Notes under the pieces: model-generated | What the model saw: the letters and a program-made list of their open reading frames with translations, nothing else | Database searches by the model: none | What the model was told of the DNA's origin: nothing | NCBI RefSeq assembly: GCF_031769215.1 | Contig: NW_026782172.1 | Location: 124,001 to 188,000, forward strand | Length of the DNA: 64,000 nucleotides | Source: Ylistrum balloti | Lineage: Eukaryota | Reading direction: 5' to 3' | Part shown: piece after piece, positions 48,901-57,775 of the stretch | How the letters are laid out: each line of letters starts with the position of its first letter | Position numbering within the stretch: position 1 is the stretch's first letter | Program-made: the position numbers and the translations under genes

Positions 48901-50731
48901 GTTTACGGATATGTCGGCTATTAAACTGTCAAACTTCTCATGACAAAGCTTTGCCATTTTATCATGGAACGTCAGTGACCCGCTTATCATGCACTACAAT
49001 AAAAGCAAGTATAGATGTCTCATATGCTGCCACAGAATTGCCTCCCTTTAAATCTGTCATGCCGGCAGTAGGGATTATATATTTTATAATACAGATGCTG
49101 CTACATTTGAGATACAATCTGTTTCAAAGCAATTATTATTTCTCTTGCTGTTTCATATTCTTGTTTTTTTATGATGTACTTTTTCGGTGTATTTCAGCTT
49201 TTGGCACTGTGACAATGGTGACGGATGCTATTCTTTGATCAAGACATACTCCATCTTTAACGTCGTGTATTGTGTAAGTATAACGACTGTTTTGTCGTTT
49301 GTCAGTGACAAGGTGGGGTGTCCTGCATTTGGTTCAGTTTTTACAGCTCGATGTGGTAGCACTACACAGGCTTACATGAACATATTCCAGCCTTCCGAAA
49401 GCGCACGCACTGACATTGTGACCATAAATATAAATAGTTTCTTAAGATCAATGTCAGTGTTCGAAGATTACTCTCGGCACGCAGATAACAAACATTAAAC
49501 ATAAAGTAAGCCATTAAATGATGAAACTATAAAACTATCAGTAATACAATTATCAATGAAAGAATACCGTCGAAAACCTTGATCCACAGCCGAAAAGTTT
49601 GTTCCGTTCTAACTCCTTCCATGCTTTTCGAGACGCTTCTTGTTTTGCCTCATTGATCGAAATGCCCGATGCCCATTCAAAGTGCATATTTGCTAGCACT
49701 GCACGGACAGCAAAGCTACCAATATACAAAACAAATAATTTACATGAAGGGCGTTTCCGGTGATATGAACACATGCCGGATCGCCTTTACTTACTCGCTG
49801 TATTTCCCGTATAAATATTTCTTTTGATCTTATTTTTGCCTTATTTTCATCAAATTTGGTTTTCAATTATAATTGTGTTGACATGTCGATATTTATTTTT
49901 GTTGTTGTAGTTTTTTTCCAATAAATGCAATACTTGAATTACATCTTGGGAATAATATGCTTAATTTTGATACATATACATGTAATTAGCTCATGAATTT
50001 TGGTTTTAACATGAGACAGTTTTATATAACGTGAGTCTAAATGTGTTGTAATTTTTGGAATCAACAAAAAAATTGTTCCCAGCGGTCTTTCATACCATCT
50101 TAACCAATCAAAACGCGCCTTTCAACTATTGCTGATGTAGAATTTCGGCCTATATTCCACTTCAGTAGTCGACAGATTCGGGTGAGGATGTAGGTCGAGG
50201 CAAATGAAAAGGCTTTAAACATTTCTCTTTTTGGATAATATGTTTAAATTATTGTTTTATTAATTCCGTGCGTACATACCCAGAATTTGTCATGTCTAGC
50301 TATGAATAGTAAATATATCTCTTTACTAGCAAAGACCGAGAAAGTAACGGATATCTTTGAGATGCATCACTGTACTTTCCGATTTACATATTTGATGACA
50401 TATTTGAGCTTTTCGTAATAATTTGATGTCGATCATTTCCTTCAACATTACAATTTACCGTCATCTTCGGGCTTAGCGTCAGACTTTAGGCTTGTATCGA
50501 GAATTTAAGCATAGCAATTATACGTAATTGATATAACCATTATTTAACATAAAACAATTGCTATGAACTCATGTATCAAAAGACACATTTTGTAATGTTT
50601 TTAACTTACATGCTTTCATGATCTGTTCCAGCTACAGAAAATAGTAGTTGTAAACCTCTTTCCTGTGCAAAGTTGTTCAGAATACCGATTGGGCTGGCCC
50701 TATCAGCACGTACAGTAGCACTCATTGCCAT
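36712..50731 (-). CDS. ADAR: ADAR1-like dsRNA adenosine deaminase with a single dsRBD, 487 aa; complement(join(50731..50610,49715..49568,48993..48819,44058..43965,39185..39030,38838..38744,38266..38078,37588..37339,36946..36712))
   Basis: All introns are GT-AG, phases match, and 1464 nt end in TAA. Motifs: [75 protein letters not shown] and RAxCCR are ADAR1-type rather than ADAR2-type. Additional 5' exons cannot be excluded. Confidence 0.9.
37339..37588 (-). CDS. ADAR: ADAR-like exon 8 ([15 protein letters not shown]...VNHP...SINW)
   Basis: Acceptor ttgaaag, donor gtaaga, phase 1/2. Confidence 0.92.
38078..38266 (-). CDS. ADAR: ADAR-like exon 7 (EQIPT...[20 protein letters not shown]...SSITI)
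   Basis: Acceptor ccttttcttgaag, donor gtagag, phase 1/1. Confidence 0.9.
38744..38838 (-). CDS. ADAR: ADAR-like exon 6 ([31 protein letters not shown])
   Basis: Acceptor cacattcag, donor gtaact, phase 2/1. Confidence 0.88.
39030..39185 (-). CDS. ADAR: ADAR-like exon 5 (FLYDQL...[18 protein letters not shown])
   Basis: Acceptor acttacag, donor gtaatt, phase 2/2. Confidence 0.93.
39262..40610. repeat. Minisatellite, 25 units of about 45-59 bp (ttttttacttacccgggctactaaggtattacaccaccgttaggtctgttctacacg)
   Basis: 25 (ac)ttacccggg-type cores counted. Confidence 0.95.
41440..41720 (-). mobile_element. Terminal fragment of the Penelope-like dispersed family
   Basis: ccggaagagtaagcgtct...cgccatgtaaac...gagaacaagg matches the 19389 and 22726 copies. 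Confidence 0.45.
42436..42626. repeat. Perfect 82-bp inverted repeat with a 27-nt spacer
   Basis: Arms 42436-42517 and 42545-42626, checked base by base as exact reverse complements. Confidence 0.97.
42436..43616 (-). mobile_element. Crypton-like (tyrosine recombinase) transposon relic bounded by two palindromes
   Basis: Minus relic [19 protein letters not shown]...[13 protein letters not shown]...SNMLS resembles the Crypton/DUF3504 catalytic end (NHSxRK...GH...NNY) with the GH segment deleted. [14 protein letters not shown] tail follows. A second perfect 19-bp IR lies at 43564-43582/43598-43616. Confidence 0.55.
43965..44058 (-). CDS. ADAR: ADAR-like exon 4 ([30 protein letters not shown]), catalytic HAE
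   Basis: Acceptor tttgttttgaag, donor gtggta, phase 1/2. Not in the ORF track. Confidence 0.92.
45010..48350 (-). mobile_element. CR1-group LINE, near full length but with the RT core deleted; in ADAR intron 3, same orientation as the gene
   Basis: ORF1 has a PHD finger (47712-48194) and an [11 protein letters not shown]...RLGK...RPILV region (47135-47689). ORF2 has APE (CLYRSP, MGDFN), RT N-terminus ([13 protein letters not shown]) and C-terminus ([16 protein letters not shown]). Confidence 0.9.
45070..47097 (-). pseudogene. CR1 ORF2 (APE-RT), frameshifted and internally deleted
   Basis: Fragments in several frames. STVLQ joins directly to VNKANRIMG at about 45655, so there is no YADD region. 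Confidence 0.85.
48819..48993 (-). CDS. ADAR: ADAR-like exon 3 ([21 protein letters not shown]...VIAGIVM...IISLAS)
   Basis: Acceptor cttttattgtag, donor gtatgt, phase 0/1; start of the deaminase domain. Confidence 0.92.
49568..49715 (-). CDS. ADAR: ADAR-like exon 2 (dsRBD C-half: [35 protein letters not shown])
   Basis: Acceptor tattggtag, donor gtattc, phase 2/0. Confidence 0.85.
50610..50731 (-). CDS. ADAR: ADAR-like first visible coding exon ([40 protein letters not shown])
   Basis: dsRBD helix 1 pattern [10 protein letters not shown], donor gtaagt, phase 2. In-frame TAG at 50755-50753 may be a stop or an acceptor. Confidence 0.8.
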
Positions 50732-51626
50732 CAATGCTAACGAAGGTAAGGGCTATACAAGTCCAAATATTGTATCTCAGTAGCTCCCTCTCCAGGTTCC
50801 TGTTAATGTCCATAAAACACGAACATATATATACAAGGATTGGTCAGATGATATTATCCTATTCAGTACAAATATCATTTTAAGTATATTCAGGGCAAAT
50901 ATTTTTTTTTTTTTAATTTTTTATTTTCTTTAAAACAAATGCACATCCCCATCCCCTCAAGTTTTTTTATAGACTTTTGAAAAAGGAATAAAATCTTCAG
51001 CGAGTGTTATTTGTAACCTTTGACAAATAATAATGAAAGGGATACCATATACAACAAGTATGAATGTGTATGACCTGTTTCTACCACCAGCTATTCCGAC
51101 CTGTAATGCACCAACATATATTTTGTACACGAAATCAGTGTGGGTGCATTTCTTTTACCTAAAGCGAAAATTAAAGTTTTATGCAGAAATATTGCTATAA
51201 ACGTGTAGTACAAACGTTTGTTTATACAACTTCTTAGAAATTGAAAAACGTCCATCTATAATTGTAGAAACCTTCATAATTGATATTCCACACATAAAGA
51301 CAATATAACAAGGTTAACAACTGCCAAATATATACTACTACATGTATTTGAGATTTTAATGACCGAGAGGTTACCCTGTCCACAATAGGCACAACAAGTA
51401 CAAACAGTCAATATTCTATTCTGACTGGGTATGGTTACAGTTCTGAGCAGCTTTTTACAAAAAAAACTTACGATTTTGTTCCGTTTCACGAAAAAAATTA
51501 TCGTAACTTTACGAGTGCTTGACCCCTATCGTAAGTTTCATCGTAAGTGTAAAACTTTGTCGTAAGTGTAAAACTTTGTCGTAAGTGTAAAACTTTGAAA
51601 AATTGTCGTAAGAAAAGCAAACAAAC

Positions 51627-53248
51627 ATGGCTGCGGCATTAGTATTATTATTTGAGAATGACAGAGCGATGCGACGAGAGAGAGTTTTTCGCGATAGGTT
51701 GAACATTCTAGGTACTCTTACTGACGGCGAATTGATAGCAAGGTATCGATTTCCGAGGACAAGTATCCTGGATTCTGTTTGTTCAGCTTTTTGTTATAAA
51801 CTTGACAACATCAAATGATGATCTGAACAGAGTCAAAGATGGATTTTATAAAATAACCAGCTTCCCTAATGTTGTGGGGTCCATTGATGGTACGCTGATA
51901 CCTATCCAAGGAATGTCTGGGGAAGAAGAACCAAACTTCATCTGCCGTAAAGGATTCCCAGCTATCAATGTGCAGGGAGTTGTGAATGCCAATCTTCGGT
52001 AAGTTGTTTTTTGGTCACCTGAGATGAAATCACCTTATGTCCAGTGTCCGACTGTTGTGCATCATAAACTTTCTACATTTTACACTTCTTCTCAAAAAAC
52101 ATTGCACCAATTTTGATTAAATATTACAAAAACCTTCCTTAGGCAAAGGTCCACCAAAATTGGGAATTATATGCTCCTCATCCCACAGATATTCAGTAGT
52201 GGGGACTAAAGGGGTAAAGTTTGACCATACATGAATCTAATTTAGTAATACACTGTGTTAAATTTAGTACTTTTTTACAGTTTTACCAACATTGTGGTTA
52301 GGTGGCCTTTAGCAACCCATGACGCTTTCATTTTATCAAACTCTGGTCTACCAAATATAATGGAAAACATGAATGGTTGGCTCTTGGGAGACTCAGGGTA
52401 TTCTTTAAAAAGATGGTTGTTGACTCCATTTGGTGCCCCAGGGAATCCACAGGAAGAGAGATACAACAAAGCTCACTGCTCTACTAGGAACACTATGGAG
52501 AGAGCCTTTGGAGTGCTTAAGAGCAGGTTCAGGTATATTCAGGATAAGAAATACAATTCTATGGAATAAATTATGCAAAAAAATAATGGTTAAGTGTCAG
52601 GGAGCTAATGTCGTGGTGCGGCATCTGTCCAACTTTTCCATTCAAATGATTTCTTCTCAATCACCTAAAGATATTGGGTGTGTGTTACAGTAAGCATTAT
52701 AAAGGTTTACCAAGTTTGCTCAAATGAATGACCTTCGCCCACTTTCAAGGTCACATAGGTCAAATATGTATGAAATCTTAAAAACTTTGATAACAGAGTG
52801 AAGTTTATCCAGTACATTCAAGTTACTCTACACTCTTAACAAAAATGTTTCCTTTTGAGCTTACCGTAATTAAAAGTGCAGATGAGCGATACAGACCCAT
52901 TGAGCCTCTTTTCCTTTGTGTCCTTTATTGCTTTGAAGAATGTTCAGCTGTACAATGACTTTAAACTTCTTTAAAGCAAGATAGCATTAAATGATTCACC
53001 AGAAGTCATACTTTTCATACCCGTATGAAATTGATATTTTTTTTACAGGAGGATGCCTGCAATTTAAGCCAGCAAAGAGCATCAGGATCATTGAGTGCTG
53101 CTTTAGACTGCACAATAAAGCCATCAACGAAAGAATCCATTTGGGTGCAGATGAGCCAGTAGTACACCTGTACAACAACAACATTGCATACCAAAGAAGG
53201 GAAAATGATGGGTTAACAACACGACAAAGACTTCTTCAGAGATTTTGA
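51627..53248 (+). pseudogene. Harbinger (HARBI1-like) DDE transposase pseudogene, exons about 51627-51998, 52281-52532, 53049-53248
   Basis: RERVFRDR, RYRF, IDGT, RKGF, LGDSGY, ERAFGVLKSRFR, LHN. The HTH region between TSIL and DSVC is deleted and there is a frameshift near 51815. Confidence 0.88.
52590..52910 (-). mobile_element. Degenerate HINE-like insertion in Harbinger intron 2
   Basis: gatgagcgatacagacccattgagcctctt end motif and tgacct...tcaaggtca core. Confidence 0.4.
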
Positions 53249-53409
53249 AGAATATCTGCCAAAGTTGAAAGTCAAAGTTTAAAACAAATGATTTTTTTGT
53301 TTGTGTTTTTATTTTATTATCAGTTGATACTCCTATTAAATTGGATAGCCATATAAAACAAGAGCTGTTGCACAATGGAGAATAACTCCATCAAAAAGGG
53401 ATGAATCTG

Positions 53410-56400
53410 AATGTGAAGTTACAGATTTCTCTGCTGATGATAACCCAACCGCTGCTTCGGTTAGGCACTGATGACATGGAGCTCTGGAGCCTTCTGTTGT
53501 CAGCATCGTCAGGTGGATTCCAACCATCATCGGCCGTTTCGACCCCTATTCCACGACGTCCTCTGGTTGGCGGGTCAGCAGTGGTGATCATTCACTGCTT
53601 GCTGTTGTCTGGGCTCCAGTTTGGCTCATCTCGTCTACACCAAAGCCAGCATGATGATCTCTCAGCCCTTTCAGCCAAGGTCTTAATAGCTGCTTTCCTC
53701 TTTGCTCCTGTCAGTCCCAATTTCTGGAACATCCTCCATACTGACTGTGCAGGGAATCCTCTGGCACCGACCTCTACTGGAAACAGCCATGTGTTCCATC
53801 CCTTATGTCTGCACAGCTCTGCAAGCTCTTGGTATTTGCCAGCTTTCTTCTCATGTGCCTCATCACACCCTTCTTCCCATGGAACCGTCAGCTCCACCAA
53901 GATGACCTTCTGGCGCTGTTGTGACCATATCACAATGTCTGGTCTCAGAGTGGTTTGCACTAAATCAGGAAAGACGAGACGCCTGTTGAGGTCTACTCCC
54001 AGGATGGTGCTTGGCTGAGTACATTCACATGATATGCAGTAGTAGTTGGTGGTCCCTTCTCTCCAGCTCTCACAAACTGTATGTGAGGTTTACGAGGTTC
54101 TATCAGTGACCTCTTATGACGCCGCTCCTTTTCCAGAATATCTGCTAGGGCAGCTAGAACCTGGTCATGACGCCATCTGTACCGTCCCTGCTGGAGGGCT
54201 ACTCTACAGCCTGATAGGATATGTGCAATTGTGCCTCTTCCACCGCACAAGGAACAAGCTGGATCTTCCAGAAGACCCCACCTACACAAGTTGCTTGGCA
54301 GTGTGTCATACACAGACCTGAGCATGAAGGATATCCTGAGAGGTTCCATTTTCCACAAGTCTGTCCATGGAATCTTGCGTTCCGGAAGATTCCACCGCGT
54401 CCATGATCCTTGCTGTCCTAACTCAACTGCTCTACTTTTGCGTTGCTGTTCCTCCTCTGATCTCACCACAGATACAATTCTGTCTCTCTTTTCCTTTCCT
54501 TCTGCTATGCTCCACTGCTGGAAGTGATCGACTCCCAATCCTCGTCTACAAACACAGATGTTTCCCACGATGTCTTGTAACTCCAGCGTATTTTCAGCTT
54601 TGCTAACTGTAGCACCAGCTGACCATTTCCGGCCTGTCCTTGTGACCACTCCAGCTTTCTGTACCTTGATGTCTTTGGAGTCCTTCAGGGTCATAACCAA
54701 TCTACACTTGGCCACCTTGAATTCTTCCACCATGGAGGACAATGGTTACTGCAGCTGAGATGTCTTGATGTACAGGCCAACTGCCGTGAAACTAGGTGGT
54801 ACTCCCAGCCATGATCGTAACTTCCTGCTGGTACATCTCTCCAAGGTTTCAACTGTTGTCAGTAGTAGCTCATACAGAATCAGGTTCCAAGACAGTCTAG
54901 GAAGAACACCATGTTGATATAACCAAGCCTTGAATTTCCCTGGTAGTCCTGACTTGTCGATCCTCTTCAGCCATTCAGTTACTTGCTCCTCCACCTTTCT
55001 CACATTCTTCTTGTCAGACAGGGTGTCGTCGTACCATCTCCCTCGACATTTCACTGGGTTGTCAATGATTGATAGTATCTCCTCCCCCTGGACCCGAAGG
55101 ATGAACTGCTTTGACAACCGGCCATTCTTGATGATCATACACCGGGATTTCTTCGGTTTAAATCTCATACGGGCCCAGTTGACCACTTCGTCTAGTGCCG
55201 ACAGTGTCCAACGTGCCTGAACATTGGTTGTTGTTGTGATCGTCAGGTCATCCATAAACCCTCTGTTTGATGGTTGATCAATTCCTGAGTTCATTTTCGG
55301 CCCTCTAGTCTCTCTCTCAGCAGCTTTCATGATGATGTTCATTCCCATCACAAACAGGATAGGTGATACTGTGCATCCGGTCACTATTCCCTTCTCCAAG
55401 TCCTGCCAGGTTGTGGTGAAGTTGTTTGTGGTAAACCTAAGCTGCATACCATCAATATATTTCTTCAGGATACTGATGACATGTTCTGGGATGTGATAGT
55501 GATGCAAAGCTACCTCAATCAGCTTGTGGGGGATACCTCCATAGGCATTTGCCAAGTCAAGCCAAACCACTGTCAAGTCGCTCTTGTCAGCCTTTGCCTC
55601 GCGAATCATCTGACTCAGAACGCTGGTGTGTTCTACTCATCCCGAGAAACCAGGTATCGCTCCCTTCTGGGCTGACGTGTCGATGTAATGATTGCTTAAC
55701 ATGTAATCTGTTAGCCGCCTTGCCATCACAGAGAAGAAGATCTTACATTCAACACTGAGCAAGGAGATGGTTCTAAACTGCTCTACTGATGTCAAATCCT
55801 TCTCTTTTGGAACAAAACAACCTTCTGCTCGCTTCCATTTGTCAGGAACTGATCCTTTCTTCCATATTCCTTTCAGGAGCATCCACAATCGTCTCAATAA
55901 CTTGGGGCACTTCTTATACACACCATATGTCAGTCCACTTGAGCCAGGTGCTGACTTCGATCTCGCTTTCCTAACTACTTCCTGCACCTCCTTCCACGAG
56001 GGTTCTCCCACTTTAAATGGGGTACTTGGTGGATCCTCTTCTATATCCCTTGGGCAGTCTCCTAATAGTGTTGCTCTCTCTTCGTCACAGTGCGTATTCC
56101 GCAGATGATGTTCTGTCTCTGTCTTTGAGCTTTCCAGTTGGCCTGAGTGCTCTTCTCCCAACAGGTCTTTCGTAAATTTGAAAGGATCCTTGACAAACTG
56201 TGCTCTTTTCCTAGCCCTGGTCTTCCTGCCAGCCCGTAGTCTTTCAGCCTTTCTTAGCCTCCTAAGTTTATTCCTGGTAGTATCTCTTAGCTGCTGGATT
56301 CCCATCCTTTCTTCCTCTGGGGCTCTTCTAAATCTACGCTTAAGCGTATTCAGTTCCCTCCTCAAACTTCTTATTTCTCCTTCTCTTCTGTTCTGTTTGT

Positions 56401-57170
56401 TCAGTTCTTTGCGTTTTTTTCTCTACAATCCCAAATCTCTTTTTCCCCAAGTTATATGTAATGGTTGTAAGGGTGTTCAGCTTCTTTTCTACACTTCCCT
56501 GCATCGTTGTCTCTGATATGCCCTCCAGGTCTTCCTCAAATATCTTCCATTCTTTATCATCCGACATTCTCGGCCACTTGACCCTCGCTTTCCGTGGTGT
56601 TATATCTTCAGTAGCATGAACTTCCTGGTCTTCCTCCACACCATTCAATGCAGAGCTATTGCTATGAAGTGACTCATTAGCAAAGAGATCTCCAGTACTG
56701 TGGTTTGTCTCCTGACTGGTAACCTCCTCCGTCTCATGAAAAGAGTCTTTTGTGCGTTGCTTCTGGGAACCTGCAGAGCAACTGCTTGACCTTGCCTGGT
56801 AAATTCGGAGTCCCCGAACATTCTTGCAAACTTTTCCACAAGGGCATGTTGTAGTAGAGACACCTCTTGTAAGTTTTAACTGCAACATCCGGCTTTGTGA
56901 TCTTGTCCGTGTTCCTGCCAAATCCGTTTCCGATATGTCCGTCCGAGTGAGCCTCTCATCCTCCCTCCCTCTCGGGAGACTCTGGGGGTGTTGTTCATGT
57001 CGTTGTGTTGTAGCTGTATGCTGGTGTCCTTTCACAAGAACTGCATGGTGGGGTGCTAGCCCAAACATGTCCAGATACCAGTCTATTCCTGGTTGCCATC
57101 TGTCTCTCAGGCGTCACAGGTCTTCCCCTGTTTCCATCCAGACTTTCCTGGAAGTGACTGGTTTCCAAGA
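53410..57170 (-). mobile_element. HERO-like (R2/NeSL group, RLE-type) non-LTR retrotransposon, near full length, inactivated
   Basis: N-terminal CPCGKVCKNVRGL finger, RT (APG, FRTISLL, WLDLANAYG, FMDD), CSLC...HILSGC knuckle, RHD, PDIV...VELTVPWE and KY/VEVG RLE motifs. Nonsense codons at 55637 and 54743-54745, plus frameshifts. Confidence 0.88.
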
Positions 57171-57775
57171 TGTGCAATGTGAACTTACAGATTTCTCTGC
57201 TGATGATAACCCAACCGCTGCTTCGGTTAGGCACTGATGACATGGAGCTCTGGAGCCTTCTGTTGTCAGCATCGTCAGGTGGATTCCAACCATCATCGGC
57301 CGTTTCGACCCCTATTCCACGACGTCCTCTGGTTGGCGGGTCAGCAGTGGTGATCAATCACTGCTTGCTGTTGTCTGGGCTCCAGTTTGGCTCATCTCGT
57401 CTACACCAAAGCCAGCATGATGATCTCTCAGCCCTTTCAGCCAAGGTCTTAATAGCTGCTTTCCTCTTTGCTCCTGTCAGTCCCAATTTCTGGAACATCC
57501 TCCATACTGACTGTGCAGGGAATCCTCTGGCACCGACCTCTACTGGAAACAGCCATGTGTTCCATCCCTTATGTCTGCACAGCTCTGCAAGCTCTTGGTA
57601 TGTGCCAGCTTTCTTCTCATGTGCCTCATCACACCCTTCTTCCCATGGAACCGTCAGCTCCACCAAGATGTCTGGTCTCAGAGTGGTTTGCACTAAATCA
57701 GGAAAGACGAGACGCTTGTTGAGGTCTACTCTCATTTCCCAGGATGGTGCTTGGCTGAGTACATTCACATGATAT
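57171..57775 (-). mobile_element. Second HERO-like copy, 3' part (RLE plus 3' UTR), joined head-to-tail to copy 1
   Basis: Near-identical to 53410-54035, with private indels. Confidence 0.9.

Noticed and set aside
55637-55639. UGA at a conserved Cys (GFSG*VEH) as selenocysteine
   Set aside because: The same copy has a TAA nonsense codon and frameshifts, and no SECIS was recognised; ordinary decay is simpler.
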